From positions 256,001 through 320,000 of the forward strand of contig OZ242320.1 in assembly GCA_965208125.1 (NCBI GenBank): 64,000 bases of DNA, read 5' to 3'. The stretch comes from Candidatus Latescibacterota bacterium. Lineage in GTDB: Bacteria > Latescibacterota > UBA2968. This document shows positions 39,057 through 49,487 of this stretch, in pieces. The notes beneath the pieces were generated by a model that was given only the letters and a program-made list of their open reading frames with translations, did not search any database and was not told the origin of the DNA. Position 1 is the first letter of the stretch. Each line of letters begins with the position of its first letter. The translations under genes and the position numbers were made by a program.

Positions 39057-39980
39057 ATGCCTGCCTTTCAAACACCTGACGGCACAAAAGTCAGAATGAG
39101 CGGAAAAGAACTCGTATTTGGGGAAACCATCTTCTCGCCAAGGGAATCCAACGACATCCTCGCAGACACGGAAGCACTGAGACAGCGAATGGAAGAAGAC
39201 GGGTATCTCATCATTCGCAACTTCCACAACCGCGAAGACATCATGAAAGCCCGAAAAGAAATTGTCGATCACATGGAAAGTCAGGGCCTGCTCGCCGAAG
39301 GATCGACACTGGAAGACGCCATCATCGGCGATAGAAAACGCTCCATGCGCTTCAAAGACAGCCTGGTCAAAACCTGGCCCGGCTTTCTCAATATTGTCGA
39401 TGGCAAAAACACAATGGACTTCTTCGGCCGCTTTTTGGGCGGACCCGCGCTCTCGCTCGATCACAAATGGCTGCGCGCCATCAGAACGGGAGGCAATGCG
39501 GGAATGCACTGCGACATTGTATATATGGGCGCGGGCACCAAAAGCCTCTATACCATGTGGACAGCCCTGGGCGATATCTCCCTCGACATGGGACCGCTCG
39601 CCCTCTGCCTGGGATCGCACAAACTCGAACATCTCCGCAATACCTACGGCGCATCGGATGCACACGACGACTTGATCCAGGGCGCGTTCTCCAACGACCC
39701 CTACGATGTCATAGAAACCCTCGGCACCAAATGGGCCGCCACGCCATTTCAAGCCGGTGATGTCGTCATCTTCGGCATGTACTTCATGCACGCCTCTCTC
39801 GAAAACACCACCAACCGCTTTCGCATCAGCAGCGACACGCGCTACCAACTCGCCACAGAAGCCACGGACCAGCGACACATGGGCAAAGACCCCGACGTAA
39901 TACCCAAAGCAGATCTGTCCGAACGCAAGTCCATCGAAGAATACCGCGTGGAATGGGGATTGGCGAAGGAGACCTCTTGA
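39057..39980 (+). CDS. PhyH-family Fe(II)/2OG dioxygenase
   Basis: MHCDIVYMG (HxD), LGSH, FMHASLEN..RISSDTRY; SD AAGGAG before ATG 39057. Confidence 0.88.
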   Translation: MPAFQTPDGTKVRMSGKELVFGETIFSPRESNDILADTEALRQRMEEDGYLIIRNFHNREDIMKARKEIVDHMESQGLLAEGSTLEDAIIGDRKRSMRFKDSLVKTWPGFLNIVDGKNTMDFFGRFLGGPALSLDHKWLRAIRTGGNAGMHCDIVYMGAGTKSLYTMWTALGDISLDMGPLALCLGSHKLEHLRNTYGASDAHDDLIQGAFSNDPYDVIETLGTKWAATPFQAGDVVIFGMYFMHASLENTTNRFRISSDTRYQLATEATDQRHMGKDPDVIPKADLSERKSIEEYRVEWGLAKETS

Positions 39981-39981
39981 A

Positions 39982-41052
39982 ATGTCAGGCATCACACAGC
40001 ACAAACCCGACAAAGCTTATGAAGGATACACACTCTTTTCAGAAACCTTTGCGGAACCAAACTGGGAAGTCGGCAAAGAAGCCGTGGTGTACCTCATCGA
40101 CATGAACGGAGAACCCGCCCACACCTGGCACCTCACGCAACACACCGTCCAGTCCCACTGCCGATTGCTGCCCAACGGCCATCTACTGGTACCCACCCAC
40201 GACCGCTCGGGCGTCACGCAGTGCAGCAACGTCGGCATTTTTGAATACGATCCCGACAGCACACTCGTCTGGCGCGTGCGCTGTCGCACCGACCACGACT
40301 ATCAGGTGCGCGACAACGGCAATCTGCTCATCCACACGCTCAACGAAACCATGTCCCCACCACTGGGACCTGAACTCAAGCGCCACCCGTATATGATTGA
40401 AATTACGCGAGACAAAGAACTGGTCTGGGAGTGGAAAGGCGAAGAGCATCTACAAGACCTCGAAGCCTGTCTCTCTCCCGAAGCATGGCAACACGTTCTG
40501 GACCGCGCCGCCGGACGCTTTGCATTTGACTGGGCACACAACAACACGCTCCAGCTCATTCCGCCTCATAAAAACGAGAATGACGCGCGCTTCAAACCCG
40601 GCAACATCTTCTTCTCCTACCGCAGCAACGACGTCATCGGCGTGATTGACTACGACACCGGCGACATTGTCTGGGCATGGGGACCCGGCATCATCGACGG
40701 GCAGCACAAACCCCACATACTCGCAAACGGCAATGTACTGATCTTCGACAACGGCACCCTGCGCGGATATTCTCGCGTAATTGAACTCAATCCCCTCACC
40801 GAAACCATCGAATGGGAATACGTCGCAGATCCCAAAGAAGCGTTCTTCAGCGCGGCGATTTCCGGTGCCCAGCGCCTGCCCAATGGCAACACCCTGATAT
40901 GCGAAGGCGGCAAGACCCGACTTTTTGAAGTCACGCCAGATGGGGAAATCGTCTGGGAATTTATCAATCCTTATCGCCACGAAAATGGCCGCCCCGTCAT
41001 CTATCGCTGCTTGAGATATTCACCTGAATACGTAGCCCCTCTTCTATCTTGA
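39982..41052 (+). CDS. Aryl-sulfate sulfotransferase (ASST-like beta-propeller), no signal peptide
   Basis: GYTLF, DHD, DWAHNN, GQHKP, IFDNG, SGAQRLPNGNTLI. Confidence 0.85.
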   Translation: MSGITQHKPDKAYEGYTLFSETFAEPNWEVGKEAVVYLIDMNGEPAHTWHLTQHTVQSHCRLLPNGHLLVPTHDRSGVTQCSNVGIFEYDPDSTLVWRVRCRTDHDYQVRDNGNLLIHTLNETMSPPLGPELKRHPYMIEITRDKELVWEWKGEEHLQDLEACLSPEAWQHVLDRAAGRFAFDWAHNNTLQLIPPHKNENDARFKPGNIFFSYRSNDVIGVIDYDTGDIVWAWGPGIIDGQHKPHILANGNVLIFDNGTLRGYSRVIELNPLTETIEWEYVADPKEAFFSAAISGAQRLPNGNTLICEGGKTRLFEVTPDGEIVWEFINPYRHENGRPVIYRCLRYSPEYVAPLLS

Positions 41053-41069
41053 AAGGAGTTTTTATACCT

Positions 41070-42782
41070 ATGTCTTCTCCCAACGTAGTCTTTGTAATTA
41101 CCGATGATCAGGGCTATGGCGACCTTGGATGCCACGGCAATGACATCATCCAGACGCCCAACCTCGACGAGCTTTATACCGAAAGCGTGCGATTTACCAA
41201 TTACCACGTCGGTCCCACCTGCGCGCCCACCCGGGCGGGCATCATGACGGGACGCTATTGCAACTGCACAGGCGTATGGCACACCATTGCTGGACGCTCG
41301 CTATTGCGCAAAGACGAAACCACCATCGCCGACTTCTTCAAAGCAGCGGGATATCGCACCGGCATGTTTGGCAAATGGCATCTGGGCGACAACTATCCAT
41401 TTCACCCGCACAACCGGGGCTTTGACACGGTCGTTTACCACGGCGGCGGCGGCGTACACCAGACCCCTGACTACTGGGGCAATACCTATTTCAACGACAC
41501 GTACTTCCGCAACGGCGTACCTGAAAAATTCAGAGGCTACTGCACGGACATCTGGTTTGACGAAGCCAAAAAATTCATCGAAGACTGCGGCGACACGCCC
41601 TTCTTCTGCTACATCCCCACCAACGCACCGCACGGCCCCTTCAACATAGCCGATCACTACCGCGAACTCTACAACGGCGACGGCTTGCCCGGTCAGCGCG
41701 ACCGCTTTTACGGCATGATCACCAACATCGACGAAAACGTCGGCCTCATGCGCGACTTTCTTCGCGACAAAGGGTTAGAAGAAAACACCATCTTCATTTT
41801 CATGACCGACAACGGCACCGCCAATGGCTGCACCCTCGACGGCAATGGCTATGTCACAGATGGTTTCAACGATGGCATGCGCGGGAAAAAAGGCTCGGAA
41901 TACGAAGGCGGACATCGCGTCCCCTTCTTCTTTCACTGGCCCGCAGGCGGATACACCAGCGGACGCGACATCGACACCCTCATTGCCAACATCGACTTCT
42001 TGCCCACCCTGTGCGACCTCTGTGACGTCCCCATCTCCGACGAAGCCCGCGAACGCATCAACGGTACCAGCGTGAAACCCCTCCTCGGAGGCACGGACAA
42101 CTGGAACGAACGCACAATCGTCACGGACTCTCAGCGCGTGGAAAACCCCATCAAATGGCGCAAATGCGCGACTATGACACAGCGTTGGCGACTCATCAAC
42201 GGCGAAGAACTCTACGACATGGACACCGACCGCGGACAACGCCACAATGTCGCCGAGCAACATCCCGATATCGTCGCCGAACTGCGCCAGCACTACGAAG
42301 ACTGGTGGACACTTGTATCCGAACGCTTTGGCGAAGACGTACCCATCATCGTCGGCTCTGAAAGCGAACCCGTCTCTGTGATTACAACCCACGACTGGCA
42401 CAACGAAAACAGCGAATCGGCCTGGAATCAGGGTGCGATCCGCCGCGGGACGGAATGCAATGGTCGCTGGGCAATCGACGTAGCCGAAGCAGGTGATTAC
42501 ACCTTTGAATTGCGCCGATGGCCCCGCGAAGAAGACCGCGCCATCACCGAGGGCATCCCCGGCAAACTCACGCCCTATTACGGCGGCAACGCAATTTCCG
42601 TCAGCACCGCCCGCATCAAAGTCGCGGGAGAAGAACAATCCCAATCCATCGGTCCCGAAGACAAAGGCATCGCCTTCACCTACACCCTCCAGGCTGGTGA
42701 AACGAGCCTCGAAACCGAACTCACCGATGGGAATGGCATTTCACTGGGGGCGTATTACGTGTATGTGGAAAGGGTAGGGTAG
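41070..42782 (+). CDS. Arylsulfatase (Cys-type)
   Basis: PNVVFVITDDQGYGD, CAPTRAG, FGKWHLG, APHGP, TDNG, YEGGHRVP. Confidence 0.93.
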   Translation: MSSPNVVFVITDDQGYGDLGCHGNDIIQTPNLDELYTESVRFTNYHVGPTCAPTRAGIMTGRYCNCTGVWHTIAGRSLLRKDETTIADFFKAAGYRTGMFGKWHLGDNYPFHPHNRGFDTVVYHGGGGVHQTPDYWGNTYFNDTYFRNGVPEKFRGYCTDIWFDEAKKFIEDCGDTPFFCYIPTNAPHGPFNIADHYRELYNGDGLPGQRDRFYGMITNIDENVGLMRDFLRDKGLEENTIFIFMTDNGTANGCTLDGNGYVTDGFNDGMRGKKGSEYEGGHRVPFFFHWPAGGYTSGRDIDTLIANIDFLPTLCDLCDVPISDEARERINGTSVKPLLGGTDNWNERTIVTDSQRVENPIKWRKCATMTQRWRLINGEELYDMDTDRGQRHNVAEQHPDIVAELRQHYEDWWTLVSERFGEDVPIIVGSESEPVSVITTHDWHNENSESAWNQGAIRRGTECNGRWAIDVAEAGDYTFELRRWPREEDRAITEGIPGKLTPYYGGNAISVSTARIKVAGEEQSQSIGPEDKGIAFTYTLQAGETSLETELTDGNGISLGAYYVYVERVG

Positions 42783-42898
42783 AAAGTGTGAAGTAGGAAG
42801 TAGGAAGTAGGAAGTAGGAAGTGTGAAGTAGGAAGTAGGAAGAAGCACCAGCTTTAGAGTGGTTGGGGTGGTGTTTTCTCACTTCTTACTTCTTACTT
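42783..42898. repeat. Intergenic element with inverted 7-bp repeat arms
   Basis: GAAGTAG/GAAGTGT about x8, core AAGCACCAGC..GGTGG, TTCT(C/T)AC x3; the arms are mutually complementary. Confidence 0.8.
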
Positions 42899-42945
42899 AT
42901 GGGCGGCTGGGAGGTTGGGAGAGCTTCACCCATAAGAGAAACACA

Positions 42946-43359
42946 ATGGGCAAAAGATTGTTACTCATCTTCGCGCTTTTTTTCGCGAGTGTCCCTTCCT
43001 GGAGTGCGGAATCTCAGCCTGATTCCCTCTCATCGGACCACCGCGTGCGCGGTGCGGTCTTGCGGTCTATCGCGCTACCGGGGTGGGGACAATTTTACAA
43101 TGGCAAGCGCGTAAAAGGCAGTATAATTGCGACCGCAGAAGTAGCTTCGGCTATCGCCTGGGTAGTGCGTCGCAAACAGATCAAAGATCGGGGAACTCAG
43201 GAGAGAAACCTGTACATCTTCTCAACTATCGGGATTGTACTCTACAGCGTGGGAGATGCTTATGTGGATGCCCATCTCAGCCGGGTAGATTGGGCGGAAG
43301 TGGAGGCAGGTATCGATGAAAATGGCACGGCAAAATTTCGACTAAAATTTAAGTTTTAA
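42946..43359 (+). CDS. DUF5683-like membrane protein
   Basis: Signal-like N-terminus, SIALPGWGQFYNG, DAYVDAHL. Confidence 0.8.
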   Translation: MGKRLLLIFALFFASVPSWSAESQPDSLSSDHRVRGAVLRSIALPGWGQFYNGKRVKGSIIATAEVASAIAWVVRRKQIKDRGTQERNLYIFSTIGIVLYSVGDAYVDAHLSRVDWAEVEAGIDENGTAKFRLKFKF

Positions 43360-43366
43360 TGGTGTT

Positions 43367-44338
43367 TCAGATGTACCGAATATTCTTCCCCAGAGTCGCC
43401 ACCATCTCGCCGCTTGATACCATCGGCAGCAAATTCTCCGACCAGAAAATCGACTCCTCTGGCGCGCGCAATGTCTCGAGCACATTGCCAAACGGATCGG
43501 TAATATCTGCAACGGGATCACCCTTTTGCAAATGATCGTAATGCTGCGCGTGAAACTCTATAAACCCACCCCGATTGGCCAACACCGTCAAAAACCCATC
43601 CACCACCACTTGCTTTTTGGGTATAAACGGCTCCCCCGGTATAACCCCGTAATACTTCAACACATTCTCGACACCCGTAATACCCTTCTGAATGCTCTCA
43701 CTATCCCAGCCCATGCATCCACCCAATTCGGGATCAATCGTCGGAATCCCCTCATCGGGAGCAGAACGCGCGAGTTGACCTTCGGGACCGCGCTGATCGA
43801 GAATATAGCCAATACCAAACACCTGAGCCATCTCCATACACACGCGGTGAATGCGCTTGCGCCGATCCACCCGCACGCGCACCTCGTCAATCATCGGCCG
43901 GCGCCCCCCCTGGTGCAAATCAATACAATAATCGGACTGCATCACCGCATTGTGAAATAACCGATAGGCAATGCGCTCGCTCGACGTGCCATCTTTGCGC
44001 CCGGGAAAACACCGATTCATCTTTTTTTCATCAACCGGACTAAATGCCTGATGCGCGTGAAACGCGTGGAAATTGACAATCAACACCGCGATAACCCGCC
44101 CATTCATCACCGTCGGATCCAGCCGCTTCAACACCTGTCGAATCACGCTGATGCCATTTAACTCATCCCCATCGCTAATCGCCTGCAAATAAATCGTCGG
44201 TCCTTCTTCAGCACCATTGATCAGGGATACCGGAACGCGCGCAGGCGACCCATCCTGCATCTCAGCCACCTTCAGATAGCCATCCGTGCGCTGCCCAGAC
44301 TCAGCCCGAAGATGTTCAACGCGAAGCAATTCACCCAT
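43367..44338 (-). CDS. Succinylglutamate desuccinylase/aspartoacylase (M14-like) family hydrolase
   Basis: SDGDELNG, MNRCFPG, IDLHQG, PELGG, biotinyl-like C-terminal domain. Confidence 0.88.
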   Translation of the reverse strand: MGELLRVEHLRAESGQRTDGYLKVAEMQDGSPARVPVSLINGAEEGPTIYLQAISDGDELNGISVIRQVLKRLDPTVMNGRVIAVLIVNFHAFHAHQAFSPVDEKKMNRCFPGRKDGTSSERIAYRLFHNAVMQSDYCIDLHQGGRRPMIDEVRVRVDRRKRIHRVCMEMAQVFGIGYILDQRGPEGQLARSAPDEGIPTIDPELGGCMGWDSESIQKGITGVENVLKYYGVIPGEPFIPKKQVVVDGFLTVLANRGGFIEFHAQHYDHLQKGDPVADITDPFGNVLETLRAPEESIFWSENLLPMVSSGEMVATLGKNIRYI

Positions 44339-44420
44339 AATAATTATCACTCCTCAAAAAAGCCAAATACCTCTCAATTCTCAGTGTTAAAAAAACGAGT
44401 GAATCCATGTGCTGTCAACT

Positions 44421-44455
44421 GAAAAGAGCCGATCCATTTCCGGACCGGCTCTTTC
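44421..44455 (-). terminator. Terminator after the DUF1080 gene
   Basis: GAAAAGAGCCG..CGGCTCTTTC inverted repeat. Confidence 0.7.
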
Positions 44456-44482
44456 ACTGATCACCTCAATAATAGACCCTCT

Positions 44483-45229
44483 CTACCCCTCATCATAATC
44501 GGTCAATGGACGGATCCAGATATTGCGATAACGCACGGGATCGCCGTGATCTTGCAGCATCAACGGCCCGGTAGGCCCGTGCGGCGTATCGTAATTCGAC
44601 ACATTCCTGTGCCCGGTCGGTCCCATAGCCTCTTTGCGATTGTGCAGCACAACACCGTTCAAAAACACCGTCAAATAAGCGGGCTTCACCAGCGTATCGC
44701 CATCGTATTCCGGTGTTTCAAAAACAATATCATAAGCCTGCCACTCACCCGGTGGACGCGTCGCATTCACCAGCGGCGAATACTGACTGTAAATCGCACC
44801 CGTCGTACCATCAGAATACGTCGGATTGTCATATCCATCCAGCACCTGCACCTCGTATTTCCCGATCAAAAACACACCGCTATTTCCCCGCCCCTGACTG
44901 CTGCCGCGCACTTCTGACGGACAGGCAAACTCTATGTGCAACTGCGCGCTCCCAAACTCATCTTTTGTCTGGATATTCCCCGTACGGGGATTCACCTCTA
45001 CATACCCATTCTCCACCGTCCATGTCGGATCTCCACCATCGCGACTCTGCCAACTGGACAAATCTGTACCATCAAATAGCACCACGGCATCCGATGGCGC
45101 ATCACCTGCACTGGCACCTGGCGTCACCACGCGCGGTGCTGGACGATTCTTATCGTGAACGCGCCACGGTTGATTGGGCAACATCGGCGTATCGTCATAC
45201 CCCACAGGCGTGTGTTTTTCTGCTGCCAT
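44483..45229 (-). CDS. DUF1080 (3-keto-disaccharide hydrolase-like) protein
   Basis: LFDGTDLSSW, GNSGVF, YEVQVLD, GEWQAYDI, LQDHGDPVRYRNIWI. Confidence 0.9.
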   Translation of the reverse strand: MAAEKHTPVGYDDTPMLPNQPWRVHDKNRPAPRVVTPGASAGDAPSDAVVLFDGTDLSSWQSRDGGDPTWTVENGYVEVNPRTGNIQTKDEFGSAQLHIEFACPSEVRGSSQGRGNSGVFLIGKYEVQVLDGYDNPTYSDGTTGAIYSQYSPLVNATRPPGEWQAYDIVFETPEYDGDTLVKPAYLTVFLNGVVLHNRKEAMGPTGHRNVSNYDTPHGPTGPLMLQDHGDPVRYRNIWIRPLTDYDEG

Positions 45230-45321
45230 TTTGTTTCCTTTCTAAAATGAAGTGGATATTTTATTGTGAAACCATGATTATAAAAATAAAAGACCGTGTC
45301 AAGCCCGCAATACACAATACC

Positions 45322-46113
45322 TCAGTAGTAAATCCCACTGATATCCCACCCAAAGACAGACACATCTACCCATCCGTTGTTGCCCTCCCCTCCTGCATTG
45401 ATCTCAACACCCTCGCACGCCAGCAACGCCCGCTGATTATCCACATGCGGCGTCAAATACCCTTTTGAATCCAGAATGCGATGCAAGGGAAACGCCTGTC
45501 CTGTCACGCGCTTCATATAGGTGGGCAACACGCGGTAATACGAATGCGACACCCCCAGAACATCCACAATCTGCTTATACGTCATCACCCTCCCAAAGGG
45601 AATCTGTTTTACAACCCACAAAAATCGATCAGAGGTGCGATCGGGCACGGGATCATAACACCTGGACAAAACCCTGACCGGATCGCCTTCACAAACGACA
45701 CCACCCGTCAGCACCACAGCCAAAAATCCTCGCCGATTCTCCAACAACTGGATCGGTTTGACGCCCAACGTCCCGATATACTTGCACACCTCACAATGAT
45801 ACGTCAGCCGAACTGTGGCAGAATCCCCAATTTGCAACACCGAACCCGACAGCAAATCGTCCAGCGACAACCCGGCGACAACGACATTCTCTCGCAAATC
45901 ACCCGGCTGCAATTTGAACTCGTGCAGAGTCTCCAGAGCAACCAAGAGCACCTGCCGCGGACCAACGCCGTCTGCATTTGCATCGCCTTCAATGCCAAAA
46001 CGAGCGCGCAGCAAAAATTTACCATCGCGCGGTCTGGACAAAGGCAGTCCCTTCTCTAACTTTGTGAATAGGGAAATGACGCGCCCCTGTGTATCCATCT
46101 GCACACTTTCCAT
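45322..46113 (-). CDS. MOSC domain fused to an alkyltransferase-like (ATL/MGMT) DNA-binding domain
   Basis: GIEGD..RQVLL..GDLRENVV..CEVC (MOSC); IPFGRVMTY..PLHRI..QRALLACEGV (ATL). TAATG overlap with the upstream gene supports a start at 46113. Confidence 0.8.
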   Translation of the reverse strand: MESVQMDTQGRVISLFTKLEKGLPLSRPRDGKFLLRARFGIEGDANADGVGPRQVLLVALETLHEFKLQPGDLRENVVVAGLSLDDLLSGSVLQIGDSATVRLTYHCEVCKYIGTLGVKPIQLLENRRGFLAVVLTGGVVCEGDPVRVLSRCYDPVPDRTSDRFLWVVKQIPFGRVMTYKQIVDVLGVSHSYYRVLPTYMKRVTGQAFPLHRILDSKGYLTPHVDNQRALLACEGVEINAGGEGNNGWVDVSVFGWDISGIYY

Positions 46114-46778
46114 TACTCCGACATCCATCCACCTGCGACCCGGGCCAATTCTTCCATCACGGGTTCATCGGTATTTCGCCGCTTCAAAATTTTAAATCCG
46201 TGATCCGCGGTATCCACCACGTGAAGCGTCGCATTTTTCAGATTATTCACCTCCGGCTGCAACAGTTCTAAACTCGCCATCCTATCCCGCTGACCCGATA
46301 AAAACAACATCGGCACGCGTACATCCTTCAAATGCTCGGCGCGCTCTGTATTAGGCTTGCTCGAATACAGCGGAAAAGCGAAAAACACAATACCCTTCAA
46401 CCCGTCAACAGGTTCTTCGGCACAAGCCATCGAAACCATCCGCCCGCTCATCGAATGTCCACCGGCAAAAACTGGCAATCCGCGCGCCTGCTTCATCCCC
46501 ATCTCTATAGCCGCACGCACCGTTGCCAACCGCACCTTCTCCCCATCCATGCCACCACCGCCCCTCTCGGAATAGGGATAATTAAAGCGCAAAGTCGCAA
46601 TCCCCACATCGTTCAACGCATCGCTCAGTTCCCGCATAAAAAGATGCCGCATATTCGTACCCGACCCGTGACCCAATACCAATAGTGCCTTTGCCCCGCG
46701 CGGTCGTGCGTACAAAGCCGACACCTCCCCCTTTTCCTCAGTCGCAATAAATTTCAACTCTCTGGGTTCAACAGCCAT
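46113..46778 (-). CDS. Alpha/beta-hydrolase family protein
   Basis: GHGSG, GGHSMSGR nucleophile elbow, GQRD, ADHGF. Confidence 0.85.
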   Translation of the reverse strand: MAVEPRELKFIATEEKGEVSALYARPRGAKALLVLGHGSGTNMRHLFMRELSDALNDVGIATLRFNYPYSERGGGGMDGEKVRLATVRAAIEMGMKQARGLPVFAGGHSMSGRMVSMACAEEPVDGLKGIVFFAFPLYSSKPNTERAEHLKDVRVPMLFLSGQRDRMASLELLQPEVNNLKNATLHVVDTADHGFKILKRRNTDEPVMEELARVAGGWMSE

Positions 46779-47255
46779 TTATGTCTCCTCTTCTAACCAG
46801 GTAATATGAGATTCCCGCGGCGTAGCGCAAAGTGGGCCGCCACGATCATCCGTCAACTTTAGCTTTACAACAATGGGATCACCCGACTCAACTGCCCGAT
46901 TAACCTGCGCCCAATCGAGATGCCCCAGACGAATTTTGAGCCGCCGAAACATCTCAAAATCACCCGAATCTCGCACCACCCCCCAAGAAAGATAAAAAAA
47001 GCGATCCGCGGGCCTGCCCTGTGCATAAGGACCCAAAAAATTGGGTGAACCATCGGGTTTCTCACCAACCCTGAACTCGGGATAAAATACGACCTCACGG
47101 CGATCTGCTGGAACCTGCTCAACAACCTCTTTATCACGCTGTATGCCGAGATAAACGGGTTCCTTAACCTCAGGATCATGACCGTACGGATCTTCAAAAC
47201 GCGTACCGGGCAATTCGGTACAAATTACTTTCAGTTTCAGTTGTTCGTCTTTCAT
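46779..47255 (-). CDS. DUF5990-family protein
   Basis: LGIQR, FLGPYAQG..RFFYLSWG, MFRRLKIRL, GGPLCA. Confidence 0.8.
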   Translation of the reverse strand: MKDEQLKLKVICTELPGTRFEDPYGHDPEVKEPVYLGIQRDKEVVEQVPADRREVVFYPEFRVGEKPDGSPNFLGPYAQGRPADRFFYLSWGVVRDSGDFEMFRRLKIRLGHLDWAQVNRAVESGDPIVVKLKLTDDRGGPLCATPRESHITWLEEET

Positions 47256-47357
47256 GCACCACCTCTTTTCAGAACTTGCACCAAATGATATAACGAAGTA
47301 TAGTATAGAAATACCATTTACGCCGCCCAATTCTTTGAACATCGCGAAAGGAGACGC

Positions 47358-48716
47358 ATGCAACCCAACATCATCTTGATCAACTGCGACGACCTCGGCT
47401 ATGGTGACCTCGGCAGTTACGGCTCTAAAATCAACAAAACGCCAGCACTCGACAAAATGGCTGCGGAAGGCATCAAATTCACCGACTTCTACATGGCATC
47501 TCCCGTGTGTTCGCCCTCGCGAGGGGCCATGCTCACGGGCTGTTATCCTCCCCGCATTGGCTTTGGCTCTTTTGATGGACGTTGGGTCCTCTTTCCCGGT
47601 CAGGGTGTGGGATTAAATTCCAGCGAAATCACCATCGCCAAACTCCTCAAAGACAAAGGCTACGCCACCAAAATAGTCGGCAAATGGCACTGCGGAGACC
47701 AGCCAGAATTTCTACCCACCCGTCACGGATTCGACAGCTACTACGGCATCCCCTATAGCAACGACATGGGGATACAAAAAGAAGACGACAAAAATCCACC
47801 CCTGCCCTTATTGCGCGACGAAGAAGTCATCCAGGCACAACCCGACCAGCGCGGCATCACCGAACGCTACGTCGAAGAATGCGTCCGTTTCATGCGCGAC
47901 AACAAAGACCAGTCCTTCTTCCTCTACCTCGCCCACATGCACGTCCACCTGCCCCACTATCCCCCCGAAGCCTTTGTCCGTGAATCGCAAAACGGCGTGT
48001 ATGGCGCAGCAGTCGCCTGCATTGACTGGGCAGCAGCCGTCATCTTTGACGAACTCAAAACCCTGGGACTCGACGACGACACCCTCGTCATCTTCACCAG
48101 CGACAACGGCTCTCGCGCCCGCGACGAAGGCGGCAGCAACAGCCCTTTGCGCGCCACCAAAGGCACCACCTGGGAAGGCGGTCAGCGCGTACCATGCCTC
48201 ATGCGATGGCCCGGCAAAATTCCCGCAGGCGAAGTATGCAGCGAACTGACATTATCCATGGACTTTTACCCCACGCTTGCAGCCCTCGGCGGTGCAGAAG
48301 TACCCACCGACCGCATCATCGACGGCAAAGACATCCGCCCGTTCATGTTCGCAGAAAAAGGCGCGACATCGCAACACGAATCCTTCTTTTACTACAAACG
48401 CAACAGCATCGAAGCCGTGCGGAGCGGCAAATGGAAACTCCACATCCGCAAAGACGACCAAGAAATCCGGGAACTCTACGACCTCGAAGCCGACATCGGA
48501 GAAACCAATGACATCAGTGATCAACACCCCGATATCGTGCGGGATCTCAGAGCGCAAATTGACACCTGTCGCAAAGACCTCGGAGACGATGCCGCAGGCA
48601 TCACAGGCGAAAACATCCGCCCCGCTGGCCGCGTTGAAAATCCCGATACCCTCACGCATCTCGACCGCGATCACCCCTATATGATCGCCATTTACGATCT
48701 AAAAGAACGGGGGTAA
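47358..48716 (+). CDS. Arylsulfatase A-like sulfatase (Cys-type)
   Basis: [47 protein letters not shown]. Confidence 0.93.
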   Translation: MQPNIILINCDDLGYGDLGSYGSKINKTPALDKMAAEGIKFTDFYMASPVCSPSRGAMLTGCYPPRIGFGSFDGRWVLFPGQGVGLNSSEITIAKLLKDKGYATKIVGKWHCGDQPEFLPTRHGFDSYYGIPYSNDMGIQKEDDKNPPLPLLRDEEVIQAQPDQRGITERYVEECVRFMRDNKDQSFFLYLAHMHVHLPHYPPEAFVRESQNGVYGAAVACIDWAAAVIFDELKTLGLDDDTLVIFTSDNGSRARDEGGSNSPLRATKGTTWEGGQRVPCLMRWPGKIPAGEVCSELTLSMDFYPTLAALGGAEVPTDRIIDGKDIRPFMFAEKGATSQHESFFYYKRNSIEAVRSGKWKLHIRKDDQEIRELYDLEADIGETNDISDQHPDIVRDLRAQIDTCRKDLGDDAAGITGENIRPAGRVENPDTLTHLDRDHPYMIAIYDLKERG

Positions 48717-48717
48717 C

Positions 48718-49470
48718 ATGGCCCTTACACCCGAACAAGTCGCCGAGTTCAAAACATTGGGATATGTCCTCGTACCCAATCTAATCGATCCATCGATGTT
48801 GGACAATTGGCGTGCACAAATTCGCGCCCAATACGGTGATCTCTCTGACCCCGTTCAACAAAACGCTGCAGGACCGCGCCAACAACACCGCGAAGACATC
48901 ACCATATTGCGAAGCTTTCGCTTTTCGCCAGAAGAAACACAACTCGTCAACCAGCCCAAAGTCAAAGCCATAGTCAATCACATGGGGGGCGATGGACAAT
49001 TTTGCGGTGAAGACGGCAACCTGCGTCTGCTCTTGCCCGAACCCAAAAGCGAATGGTGCTTGCCAGAGCGCGGGCACATCGACGGTTATCTCGGCAAGCG
49101 GCGGGGGGCCTCTTTTCTCCTCGGATTGGCGACCTATATCTACGATGTGGAACCGCGCGGCGGAGGCACCGTCTTCTGGCCGCGTAGCCATATCAAATCA
49201 TGGGAATTTCTTCGCAAACATCCCGATCACCTCAGTTGCAGCTTTAAGGACCACCCCGAATATCTCGACATGGTCAAAGATATTCAACCTGTTGAACTGC
49301 ATGCAAAAGCGGGCGACGTCATCTTCTGGCACTGCAACATCCTGCACGAAACCTCTCAAAACACCAGCAACAACATCCGCTATGGCCTTTTCGCCCGCCT
49401 GCCCCACAAAGACCAGGAGACATTCCGAGACGAAATACCCGATGTCCTCTGGAAACGCTGGCGGATTTAA
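48718..49470 (+). CDS. PhyH-family Fe(II)/2OG dioxygenase
   Basis: GHIDG (HxD), GGGTVFWPRSH, ILHETSQN..R. Confidence 0.85.
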   Translation: MALTPEQVAEFKTLGYVLVPNLIDPSMLDNWRAQIRAQYGDLSDPVQQNAAGPRQQHREDITILRSFRFSPEETQLVNQPKVKAIVNHMGGDGQFCGEDGNLRLLLPEPKSEWCLPERGHIDGYLGKRRGASFLLGLATYIYDVEPRGGGTVFWPRSHIKSWEFLRKHPDHLSCSFKDHPEYLDMVKDIQPVELHAKAGDVIFWHCNILHETSQNTSNNIRYGLFARLPHKDQETFRDEIPDVLWKRWRI

Positions 49471-49487
49471 CAAAAAGGAGATTCGAC

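Noticed and set aside
38982-42644. Long antisense or alternative-frame ORFs (e.g. 38982-40013, 41775-42644, also 37989-38852 and 53367-54197)
   Set aside because: They shadow well-supported genes, carry no recognisable motifs and are explained by C-rich codon bias.
42783-42843. Short tandem repeats as a CRISPR array
   Set aside because: Contiguous 7-bp units without unique spacers; no cas genes in the window.
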